A stretch of DNA of 64,000 bases, taken from IMG/VR virus record IMGVR_UViG_3300014204_000020, positions 1,183-65,182 of that record, one strand, 5' to 3'. The first letter of the stretch is position 1; the number at the start of each line of letters is the position of its first letter. Shown one piece after another: positions 1 through 8,910 of the stretch. A model generated the notes under the pieces. The model did no database searches. It was not told the origin of the DNA and worked only from the letters and a program-made list of their open reading frames with translations. Source of the DNA: a virus. The translations under genes were made by a program, and so were the position numbers.

Positions 1-829
1 AGAGCGCCGCCCTTGGTCCTGGCTCGTAAAGCAGGGCCAGTTTCTCACTGCTCCTCTATACAACACAGGTACCGCCACAGTAGTCAATGGCTCCGCCACT
101 GTCACTGGAGTAGGTACAGCCTGGACTACTGCATTGATAGATCGGCAGTTCCGCTTAACTACTACAACTCCTATCTATACCATTACAGCAGTAGATGCCC
201 TACTCCAAACCTTAACCTTAGACCTAGTATGGGGAGGAGCAAACGCAACCACAGGCTATGAAATCTACTCTGCCTACGCCTCCCCTCCCAGTGACTTTAA
301 TTACTTCATCACAGTCTGGGACCCCAATTTCAATTGGCAGCTTCACATAGGCATCGGCCAACGTGAACTTAACGCATGGGATGCTCAACGCTCCAATCGT
401 GGCCAAGCTTACTTGGTAGCCCCCCGTGACTACTACACTCCCACAGGTGAAACCATTCCTCTGCCCCGCTTTGAAATCTGGCCTCATGTCACCTCTGCCT
501 ATGTACTACCATTCCTCTATATGTCCCGTGCCATAGACATAAACGACACCAGTGCCCTCCTTCCTCGCTACATACGTGGAGATGTCCTCATGGAGATGGC
601 TCTGGCAGAGGCAGCCAAGTGGCCCGGACCATCAGAGGACAAGAAGAATCCTTATTTCAATATGAACCTGGCAAAGGCACACGAAACCAGGGCAGAGTAT
701 ATGATTGTAGAACTGGAACGTCAGGATGAAGAGATCTCTATCATGAATGTTCAGTATGATACTATTACCAGACTTCCTTGGGCACCTCTTCCTATGGATT
801 CATCGTTCTGGCAAAAGCACGCAATATGA
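1..829 (+). CDS. Head-tail adaptor / tail tubular A-like virion protein (5'-truncated)
   Basis: Frame is open from position 2 (ERRPWSWLVKQ...GTATVVNGSATVTGVGTAW...). The C-terminal helical pattern (VLMEMALAEAAKW...AKAHETRAEY) resembles the protein at 57573. It would follow the capsid gene if the genome is circularly permuted. Confidence 0.55.
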   Translation, partial: ERRPWSWLVKQGQFLTAPLYNTGTATVVNGSATVTGVGTAWTTALIDRQFRLTTTTPIYTITAVDALLQTLTLDLVWGGANATTGYEIYSAYASPPSDFNYFITVWDPNFNWQLHIGIGQRELNAWDAQRSNRGQAYLVAPRDYYTPTGETIPLPRFEIWPHVTSAYVLPFLYMSRAIDINDTSALLPRYIRGDVLMEMALAEAAKWPGPSEDKKNPYFNMNLAKAHETRAEYMIVELERQDEEISIMNVQYDTITRLPWAPLPMDSSFWQKHAI

Positions 830-834
830 ACAGT

Positions 835-1374
835 TTACACACGTCCCCATCTACGCTGTTTTACAACATCCCTGATAGTCCAAGGGTTGATGCCAAAAAT
901 TTGCCCAAGCTTAATATACCCTCCAGCTCCAGCTTCATACATTTGACGAATGGCATCTACAGTGGTTTGGCTCAACTTGGCGTTTGGATTATCTGCTCCA
1001 TATTGATTCTGATTATGATACCAATGGTGGTTTGCTCCCCTTGGTACCTTTTCCGGGTACTTTCTGGACGGATTATTGTCACCAGCCCAAGACTTACCTA
1101 CCTTAACCATGTCTTCCATGTTACTTTTATGTGTGTCAAGTCTAAGGTGTTTAGGGTTTACACAACTTGGGTTATTACAGTTATGGCACACTTCAAGTCC
1201 TGGCTGTCGTGGTCCCACAAACAGATCATATGCAGCCTGAGCTGCATATCCGGTCTTTCCGGCACGAGTAAAGTATCCTCGACCCCTATTATCTTTGTAG
1301 GCAAGCCACAGCCAGCACTCATTTGGCCCCAATTGGTTAACATGAGCCATAAAACGGTCTTTCAAAGTCTTCAT
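835..1374 (-). CDS. HNH homing endonuclease with C-terminal HTH
   Basis: ECWLW...GRGYF, EVCHNCNNPSCVNPKHL..DTHKSN, and NPNAKLS...IR followed by an HTH. Confidence 0.9.
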   Translation of the reverse strand: MKTLKDRFMAHVNQLGPNECWLWLAYKDNRGRGYFTRAGKTGYAAQAAYDLFVGPRQPGLEVCHNCNNPSCVNPKHLRLDTHKSNMEDMVKVGKSWAGDNNPSRKYPEKVPRGANHHWYHNQNQYGADNPNAKLSQTTVDAIRQMYEAGAGGYIKLGQIFGINPWTIRDVVKQRRWGRV

Positions 1375-1438
1375 AGTAATTTCTCCTTATATTGGGTGTT
1401 ACGAGCATCCAACATAAGCTTAGCATAGGAGCCCAATC

Positions 1439-1678
1439 ATGGCAAAGAAAAATAGTTTTGTGGATTCACCTGTTGATATGATAGGCAGTATTCCCAAAGG
1501 GTACAAAGGTTCCAGTGGGGTATACGATGGTGAAAACCAAGGTCCCTTCTCCGGTTACAAACGTACTCCTTCACCCGACGCAGTACCAGAGAAGATCTAC
1601 GATGGCTCTATGCCTAACGTAGAGAAACCAGTCACAATGCCCGACAAACTTCCCAAGAACTTTGGTGGAAAAGGCTAA
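1439..1678 (+). CDS. Small hypothetical (virion-associated?) protein
   Basis: AGGAG RBS; lies in the structural operon. Confidence 0.7.
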   Translation: MAKKNSFVDSPVDMIGSIPKGYKGSSGVYDGENQGPFSGYKRTPSPDAVPEKIYDGSMPNVEKPVTMPDKLPKNFGGKG

Positions 1679-1695
1679 TGCATGGGGAGCCTTGA

Positions 1696-4533
1696 ATGGC
1701 AGACTTCCATTACCAACGTGATACCAACCGCTTCTTCTCCTTAGGGATGGACCTTAACCGTCCAGCTGACGGTCTTAAGGAGCTGAAGTATAAAGTTCTT
1801 AAGAACGTCCGGAGTTACCAAACCGGGAGGATAGAACCTCGTCAAGGGTTAACCTTAATAGGTATAGTCAATGGCGAGGTTCACTCCATCCGCAGACTTA
1901 ACACCCCCCGCACAGACAGCTGGACCCGCATTATAGGCTCAGGCACCATTCTCAGTGCAGGCATGACTGACTTTGACCAAATAGACAGTGGTTACAGTGG
2001 TGACCCGCTGGCCATGGTTCCCTACCGCCCTTCCCAAAGTCCTGACCCATGGATGTACTGTATGGATAGGATTAGACAGCGCAAGGTGGATGTATCCAGC
2101 ACTGTTCACCAGGTAGGCATGCCTTCCCCTACAGCACCACCCTTAGTCACCCGTCAAGCCACTTACCACAAGGACATATTCTCCCCAAACATGTCCCTTA
2201 CAGGGTGGAACAACGGCCCTTCATTCGTCGCCACCTTTCCTGAAGCCAATCAGGATGTAAACACTTCTGTATCAACTATCCTATATGACTCAGGCGCTAC
2301 CGGATGGTGCCTGATAGAACCTGGGATAATGAACGGCATCAGCACCGGGATGCATGTAGCCATAGGGTCCGGCACCTATGTAGTGCGTGATGCTATTACC
2401 GGCTCCACTAATTATACAGATATAGCTTCTTCTGAATTCCTCATAGACGGAGTTACTCAATCTGTTACCTTCACTACTATTACCAATGGCTTGAAGGCAA
2501 ACTCCCTGCTGGAGAACGTATCCAAAGGAGAGTTCGTCCGTGTAAAGGCAGTAATAGACGGTCCCAGTGGCGACCAGTGCGTAATCATATCACCTACTAC
2601 TACATGGACTGTAGGTGATGACGTATATATCAGAGACTCATTTAGAATATATACAACAGAGATCATAGCTCCTGGCACTGCCATCACAGAAACTTCTCTC
2701 TCCGTATACGTAAACGTAACCAGCGACTCTACCAAGTCCTACACAGGTTGGATGACCTCTCCTAAGTTCCCTGTCCCACTAGACCTCTCCAAGATAACCG
2801 ATGATATCTCATCCACCCCTGACTCCTACATAGCCATCAGCATGTCTCTGGAGCGTCCTGATGACGTAGACAATATCAGGGTGATGTTTGGCAGCACAGA
2901 CACAAATGACATAGATAAGGCATTCAATACCAACTATTTCTTTAAGGTATTTACTCCCTCTGATCTATCCGGGGTGTCCACAGAAGAAGATAGTGCCGCC
3001 ATTACCAAGAGCAGCGTTAAGGTTGGCACCTCCACAGTGCGTATCAAGTTGGCAGAGTTACTCCCTGTAGGCTCCCCTTCCCTGAAGACCATCTACTATA
3101 TGCGTATAGAGATGACGGTACGCACACCTGCAACAGAGAAAGAGTTCCCAGGTTCACGCATATACTTTGGCTCTATATACCTTGCCGGTACACCTGGACC
3201 GGACAGAGGGATATTTGGAGTAGACTATATATACAGATACAGAGCCAGGGTTTCAACTACAGGCGTAGTGTCCAACTGGTCTCCTGCCACCATTGAATCA
3301 TATGACCTCCAAGGTGAGAGTGTACTAATATCCGCACCTTCCCAATACACCGCCGCTGCAGAAGCCGACATGATTGACTTCCAACGCAGAGGTGGATCTA
3401 TTCCTAATGACTGGTACTATGTAGGATCGGTAGCCAATGATTCCCCGGTGGTCACATTCACTGATGAATTTGCAGATGACATTATCATTGCAAACCCTTC
3501 TGAAGACCAGGTTCACTACCAACTATGGCCTGTAATAGGTGCTCCGGCTGCAGGCACCACCACCTCAACCTCAGGCGTCATGATAGTTGGAACAGGGTTC
3601 AGCACCTTATGGGCTCCTCTTACGCCCATACTTATAGAAGGTACTTGGTATACTATCTATCAGGTACACTCTGATACCAGTTTACAGTTATACGAGAACT
3701 CCGGCAACTTGGGTGCAGTCAGCTGGGAGGTACCGGAACCCATCTTACAAGGCCAGACACTCCCATGTTTTTGGGGACCACTCCATGAAACCATGTTTGG
3801 TTGCGGAGACCCTGTAAACCCACAGCGTTTGTACTGGACCAATGTAGGAGATGCAGACACCACCACCCTAACTCATTGGAAGGATATCACAACCCCTAGT
3901 GAGCCATTGATGAACGGAGTTATCTATAACGGGCGCTCTTATGTATGGAGTTCTGGCAGACTATTCCAGATCATCCCCACTGCCCAGGACGAATCTGGGG
4001 CAGTCACAGCTTGGGACTATGTTGAGATTCCAGGTGGTAAAGGCCTCTGGGCACGCTGGGCATTTACCAACCCACAGTCCATACCAGGTCCTGTTCTATA
4101 CTACTTAGGTAAGGATGCTGTATACAGTACGGATGGAGGCACACCTTCCGACGTAACCGCAGAGGACCTCAGACCTCTACTTCCTAATGAAGGAAACCTT
4201 GGTGTTGATATCAACGGCATCATAGCTCCTCACATGACTCTGGAGCTTAGTTCAAGGTTCAGGCTGTCATACTATGATGACTACTTATACTTTGACTACC
4301 CTACCATGACCTCAGGTGGAGGGGTTGCTTCCGTACTGGCCCTAACTCCATCCTTCTCAGACGACCTCAACATGTGGACTGATATATTGGCATCCAACAA
4401 TATGGTATCAGGATTCATTGACGCTATGCCTGTCATGGAAGACACCTTCGAGATAACCCTAACTACATATCCTTTCAGCTTCACAGACAGCCTGGACAGC
4501 TGGGACGACACACTTAACGCAGAGGCAGTGTAA
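1696..4533 (+). CDS. Tail nozzle / stabilization-like virion protein, N-terminal part
   Basis: N-terminal FxxGMDL...LKNVR...G.IEPRQG; beta-rich; RLYWTN..D and YYLGKDAVY beta-propeller-like patterns typical of P22 gp10/T7 gp12-like proteins. Confidence 0.6.
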   Translation: MADFHYQRDTNRFFSLGMDLNRPADGLKELKYKVLKNVRSYQTGRIEPRQGLTLIGIVNGEVHSIRRLNTPRTDSWTRIIGSGTILSAGMTDFDQIDSGYSGDPLAMVPYRPSQSPDPWMYCMDRIRQRKVDVSSTVHQVGMPSPTAPPLVTRQATYHKDIFSPNMSLTGWNNGPSFVATFPEANQDVNTSVSTILYDSGATGWCLIEPGIMNGISTGMHVAIGSGTYVVRDAITGSTNYTDIASSEFLIDGVTQSVTFTTITNGLKANSLLENVSKGEFVRVKAVIDGPSGDQCVIISPTTTWTVGDDVYIRDSFRIYTTEIIAPGTAITETSLSVYVNVTSDSTKSYTGWMTSPKFPVPLDLSKITDDISSTPDSYIAISMSLERPDDVDNIRVMFGSTDTNDIDKAFNTNYFFKVFTPSDLSGVSTEEDSAAITKSSVKVGTSTVRIKLAELLPVGSPSLKTIYYMRIEMTVRTPATEKEFPGSRIYFGSIYLAGTPGPDRGIFGVDYIYRYRARVSTTGVVSNWSPATIESYDLQGESVLISAPSQYTAAAEADMIDFQRRGGSIPNDWYYVGSVANDSPVVTFTDEFADDIIIANPSEDQVHYQLWPVIGAPAAGTTTSTSGVMIVGTGFSTLWAPLTPILIEGTWYTIYQVHSDTSLQLYENSGNLGAVSWEVPEPILQGQTLPCFWGPLHETMFGCGDPVNPQRLYWTNVGDADTTTLTHWKDITTPSEPLMNGVIYNGRSYVWSSGRLFQIIPTAQDESGAVTAWDYVEIPGGKGLWARWAFTNPQSIPGPVLYYLGKDAVYSTDGGTPSDVTAEDLRPLLPNEGNLGVDINGIIAPHMTLELSSRFRLSYYDDYLYFDYPTMTSGGGVASVLALTPSFSDDLNMWTDILASNNMVSGFIDAMPVMEDTFEITLTTYPFSFTDSLDSWDDTLNAEAV

Positions 4534-6098
4534 TGGGTATCAGTGACAACATCTGGGCACAGTGGAAACTGGAAGAGAATGGGTTATACAGGTATGACTC
4601 ATCTGGGAACGGGAGAACTCTGACTTATGTACCCATAATCGACCCTGACTATAACTTTCCTCCCGACAGAATCTCAGGAAAGATAGGCTATGGAGTTCGT
4701 ATAAATGAGAATCAAGGTGGTTACGTCACCAAGCAGGGAACATTTATATACACTGTTCCTACAACATACTCAGGTATGCCATTCACTATGGCTGTGTGGG
4801 TAAAGCAGGCTGAGATACAGCTTAATATAACAAGAGCAAGTGTAGTGACTGGGTTCAATACAGGCGCTTATGGGTTTGCCTTTAATTCCCACAACACAAA
4901 TAAGTTTGTCAGCTGTACCTTTTCAGTAGAAACCAGAGCCATTACTACAAGCTTCAATATAGTGCCGGATACTTGGCATCTATACGTAGCATACGGAGAC
5001 GGCAATTCTATCTGGCTTGATATAGATGGAGTTAATGTGGGTAGTCATATTGGATCTACTAAATATACTTTAGTACTTAATGATACTATATGTTTAGGCC
5101 TAGGTGCTCATGTTACAGGGGTAGCTCCTACAAATTGGGTAGATATAGACGAATTCACCATCTGGACTTCCATGCTTAGCTCCTCAGAGCGCAAATCCTT
5201 ATGGAATGATGGAGATGGCTTCGATACAATCGGTACAGGTGGTATGTATGGCAACACCCTTCTCTACGCTGATGACCTAATGGAAGGCCGTCGTGGATGG
5301 TTCTTCGACACTTACACTCCAACCATTAACGTTCACTATGGTGAAGAAGGCTCCAGTGTTCACTCTATATTGTGTGGAGGTAAAAATGGAGGCATCTACC
5401 AGTTAACCGGAGACTCTGATGCAGGTTCTGCTGTAGCTTGCAAAGTCACCACAGCCTCCCGTGACCAGGGAGACACCCGCCACAACAAACTATATGGCGA
5501 CATAATGCTGGACTGCAACACCGGAGGAGTAGACATAACCGCTACTCCAGGGTTCAACAATGACTCAGTGGCTTCAGCAGCGGTTACCGTAAACAACGCA
5601 GTCCGTTCCCAGGTACCCATCTCAGTGGGTACCGAATGGCAGACAGCCCGCAATATCTCCTTAGACCTTCAGTGGAATATGAATGGTACAAGATCTTACT
5701 TGTATATCTGGGAACCGAGGTATACTGAAGAAGGAGGGAAGGTATTTGCGTATGACTGGGAAACGCGTTTCCTTACGCATGAGATGCCTGGATACTTCTA
5801 CCATGGTTACCTATACCTGGTACACATTTCAAGTGCAGACCTTACCTTCACCATTACCGATGAGGATGGTACAGTGAAGACTACAACCACCATTCCAAAT
5901 AGTGCAGGCTTACATAGTAAGTCATTCATAAGGTTACCTGTAATTAAAGGTAAACTGTTTAAGTATAGATTATCCAGCACTGCAGTATTCAGAGTGGAGG
6001 GGCAGGACTCGGAGTTACTGGTAAAGGCCTGGGGTCAAGGGGGTCCATGGAGTCACCAGAAGATCTTCCAGGATGTCCCACATGGAGAGGCAGCTTAA
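4533..6098 (+). CDS. LamG/ConA-like domain fused to tail nozzle C-terminal part
   Basis: WKLEE..DSSGNG, FTMAVWV, DTWHLYVA, IDEFTIW..LSSSE..LWN match a LamG-3 pattern; TAATG coupling to the upstream gene. Confidence 0.65.
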   Translation: MGISDNIWAQWKLEENGLYRYDSSGNGRTLTYVPIIDPDYNFPPDRISGKIGYGVRINENQGGYVTKQGTFIYTVPTTYSGMPFTMAVWVKQAEIQLNITRASVVTGFNTGAYGFAFNSHNTNKFVSCTFSVETRAITTSFNIVPDTWHLYVAYGDGNSIWLDIDGVNVGSHIGSTKYTLVLNDTICLGLGAHVTGVAPTNWVDIDEFTIWTSMLSSSERKSLWNDGDGFDTIGTGGMYGNTLLYADDLMEGRRGWFFDTYTPTINVHYGEEGSSVHSILCGGKNGGIYQLTGDSDAGSAVACKVTTASRDQGDTRHNKLYGDIMLDCNTGGVDITATPGFNNDSVASAAVTVNNAVRSQVPISVGTEWQTARNISLDLQWNMNGTRSYLYIWEPRYTEEGGKVFAYDWETRFLTHEMPGYFYHGYLYLVHISSADLTFTITDEDGTVKTTTTIPNSAGLHSKSFIRLPVIKGKLFKYRLSSTAVFRVEGQDSELLVKAWGQGGPWSHQKIFQDVPHGEAA

Positions 6099-6108
6099 GG
6101 AGTAAGGC

Positions 6109-6267
6109 ATGACCAAGTTCTATCCAACACGTAATGACCTGGACAGCCCTGACAAGGTGGAGCGTATAGTTAAGGATATCTATGATAACTTATACAAGAA
6201 ACCTACTCCACCCAAGAAAGCTGCATCTAAGCGTATTAACGTAAACACCGGCAAGGCACAGAAGTAA
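6109..6267 (+). CDS. Small basic hypothetical protein (52 aa, not in ORF track)
   Basis: AAGGAG RBS; MTKFYPTRNDLDSPDKVERIVKDIYDNLYKKP...; fills the gap in the operon. Confidence 0.7.
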   Translation: MTKFYPTRNDLDSPDKVERIVKDIYDNLYKKPTPPKKAASKRINVNTGKAQK

Positions 6268-6276
6268 GGAGGGAGT

Positions 6277-6930
6277 ATGGGAAGAGGAAGTGGGGCACTT
6301 AGCGGAGCAGCTTCAGGAGCACAGATGGGTTCTATGTTTGGCCCATGGGGAGCTGGTATTGGTGCAGGAGTAGGTGCAGTTGCCGGAGCCCTCACTGGTG
6401 GCGAAAGCGAAGAAGAACGCTTTGCCAAGCAGCAGCAACTTAGACAAATAGAACGCTCCAACCAATTCTGGCAACAGGCTCAAGGTCAGATGAATAAGGC
6501 CCAGAACTACTTCGCTCCTATAGCAGGCGGTTCCAGGCAGGCTGCAATGGAAGCGGTTGCACCGGAGGTTCAAGGTGCCACTCAACGTATGGAATCCGGC
6601 AGACGCTCACTTCTCAACCTATCAAGTAGAAGTGGTGGAGCTGCAGCACAGATTGACCCTTACGCCAAGGGAGCAGTAGCTACCAACCTTCTGCAAAAAG
6701 TTAGACCAATGGCTGCCCAGAGCATGTTGGATATGTCCCGCACTACAGGTGGATGGGCACAGCAACAGGGTGGGGCTGTTCAGGATTATATGAACCAAAT
6801 GAATAAGAATAAACAAGGTGATAAGGAACAGGGCGCATCATTCTTTGACAGTATGCAAGGTACTATAGGTGGACTTAAAGACTGGTATGGTAACCGTAAA
6901 TCAGGAGCAAAAGGCCCTTACAGTATTTAG
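6277..6930 (+). CDS. DNA pilot / ejection protein
   Basis: N-terminal glycine-zipper (GAASGAQMGSMFGPWGAGIGAGVGAVAG), Q/A-rich, located after the nozzle genes. Confidence 0.6.
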   Translation: MGRGSGALSGAASGAQMGSMFGPWGAGIGAGVGAVAGALTGGESEEERFAKQQQLRQIERSNQFWQQAQGQMNKAQNYFAPIAGGSRQAAMEAVAPEVQGATQRMESGRRSLLNLSSRSGGAAAQIDPYAKGAVATNLLQKVRPMAAQSMLDMSRTTGGWAQQQGGAVQDYMNQMNKNKQGDKEQGASFFDSMQGTIGGLKDWYGNRKSGAKGPYSI

Positions 6931-6939
6931 GAGGCCATA

Positions 6940-8907
6940 ATGGGATTCGCACAGGGATTCTTTGTAAGGGCCGGTGAGCGTGCCCACGAGCAGAACCTTC
7001 TGGATATTCAACAGAAGATCGAGAAGCATAAGGCATTCATTGGGGAACTCAATAGGATATCTGAGGACCCCAACTACTTGCCTGAGGCTCAGCAGGCTGC
7101 GCGTAACAAGTGGCTTGAGGCTACCCAAGCCGGGCCGATGAAGTTTAAGAACTATGATATTAGTGACATACTTACTGTAAGCACCAAGTCTCGTGCCCCT
7201 GCAACAGGACAGAAGTTTACTTACCCCGGCCCTCCCCAAGAAGAAGGTGGACCCTCTGACTATGCCAATACATTTACTAAGTCTACAGTAGGCCTTGTAC
7301 CTGGGGAACTAGGGGTAGCTGGAGTCAGAAGTGGCAAGTACACTCCGGAGGAGCGTAGATCTATGGAGGCAGAGGATTACGCAAGTAAGATGCGTGCGTC
7401 CTATGAGACTCAGCTTAAAGTGGCTCAGACGCGTAACGCCGGAGCCGCAAACAAGACATCAGGGAGAGCAATTCCAGCCAATGAGGAAGACCTTGCTTCC
7501 ATGGGCTTGACTCAGGATGATGGAACTCCTTACCCAAAGGGTACCTATTACATTCAGCATATGGCAGACGGCTCTACTCGTGTCACACCTACACAGGAAC
7601 CTACCACTCGTACAGAACGTACTTACAACCCTGCTACAGGCCAATGGGAGTTAACCTCTGTTGATACCAGGCGTAAGGAAGCTTCTGCTATAGATACTAC
7701 TGGCCGGAGGATTACTCCTGGTGGCCCTGTGTCAGAGGAGTTAGGGTTCACTAGAGACCCACAAACAGGTGTAGAGACTTGGTATAGTCGTCACTTCGAT
7801 GTATATGGCAATCTACTGAACATGGTAGAAGTGCCAAAGCCTGCTGGATATCTACCTACCGAATCTTCGCATACTCAGATGCTGCAGCTTGGTAATAGGC
7901 TGGAACCTTATACGGTTGTAACCAAGCGTACTCCAGGTACTTCTACTCTACAACCTACGATTCCTTCCATGCCTCAGGAAGGTCAGCAACCTGTGGCACC
8001 TACCCAAGTCCCTGGTCAAGTTCCTGGTCAAGGTGTGGCACCACAACAACTTGCCCCACCTACTCCACCTCCTCTAGGCTCCTCTAAGGTACCCATCCGT
8101 AACTCCGCAGAGTTCCTTGCACCTAAGGATACCTTTTATGAAAAGAGGGCCAAAGTAGATAAGGTAAACGCTCTCATATCTCCAAACTACATCCCTGAGA
8201 AGGTTATCCTAGACCCCATGACCAATGTTATACGCAGGTCAAGGCCATCCGATGAAGAGATAGGTGGAGTGCGTCGTACCACTACTGGAGGGTTCTACAA
8301 AAATCAACCAGCCCTTACTCCTCAACAGATGGAGAAGACTCAGAACAGCTCTAATGTCATGGGAACTACCAGTAGTATGCTGTCAGACCTCCTCGCCCCA
8401 GAAAGCATAGCTGCCATCAACTCACTGTCCAATAGATTACGCATTAAGATGGCTACCAGCAGTAGTTCTGCAGCCCAGCTTATAAGCTCTACTCTCTCTG
8501 GGCTGGACCCTTTTATCTCTGATACAGAACGCAAGGTTGTGGACCTGTTCTCTGGTATCAAGAACAACCTCAAAGAGCACATCCAAGTCATGCGTACTCC
8601 CCTTGGTGCTGCAGGGTTTAGGTCTCTTGAAGCCTTCTTCTCTCTTCAGGCTCAGGCTGGTGACATGCTTTCCCGACCGGAGATCACTAAGATTGTAATG
8701 GAGAACTCTCTAAAAACTGTACTTACCATCCAGGCAGCATATAGGTATTCACTATATTACAGTTATAAGACTCAAGGTTACTCCAACGTCAACAACATAC
8801 CTGACGCAGAAACCAAAACTCAGTATCTATTGGCATATGGCACCAACCCTGAGGCTGCCTTGGCCGCAATGAGGAGAGATGGATACACAGTACCAGGTGG
8901 GAGGTAG
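6940..8907 (+). CDS. Putative internal virion / ejection protein
   Basis: Long ORF with GGAGG RBS; position in a podovirus-like ejection module. Confidence 0.5.
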   Translation: MGFAQGFFVRAGERAHEQNLLDIQQKIEKHKAFIGELNRISEDPNYLPEAQQAARNKWLEATQAGPMKFKNYDISDILTVSTKSRAPATGQKFTYPGPPQEEGGPSDYANTFTKSTVGLVPGELGVAGVRSGKYTPEERRSMEAEDYASKMRASYETQLKVAQTRNAGAANKTSGRAIPANEEDLASMGLTQDDGTPYPKGTYYIQHMADGSTRVTPTQEPTTRTERTYNPATGQWELTSVDTRRKEASAIDTTGRRITPGGPVSEELGFTRDPQTGVETWYSRHFDVYGNLLNMVEVPKPAGYLPTESSHTQMLQLGNRLEPYTVVTKRTPGTSTLQPTIPSMPQEGQQPVAPTQVPGQVPGQGVAPQQLAPPTPPPLGSSKVPIRNSAEFLAPKDTFYEKRAKVDKVNALISPNYIPEKVILDPMTNVIRRSRPSDEEIGGVRRTTTGGFYKNQPALTPQQMEKTQNSSNVMGTTSSMLSDLLAPESIAAINSLSNRLRIKMATSSSSAAQLISSTLSGLDPFISDTERKVVDLFSGIKNNLKEHIQVMRTPLGAAGFRSLEAFFSLQAQAGDMLSRPEITKIVMENSLKTVLTIQAAYRYSLYYSYKTQGYSNVNNIPDAETKTQYLLAYGTNPEAALAAMRRDGYTVPGGR

Positions 8908-8910
8908 TAA

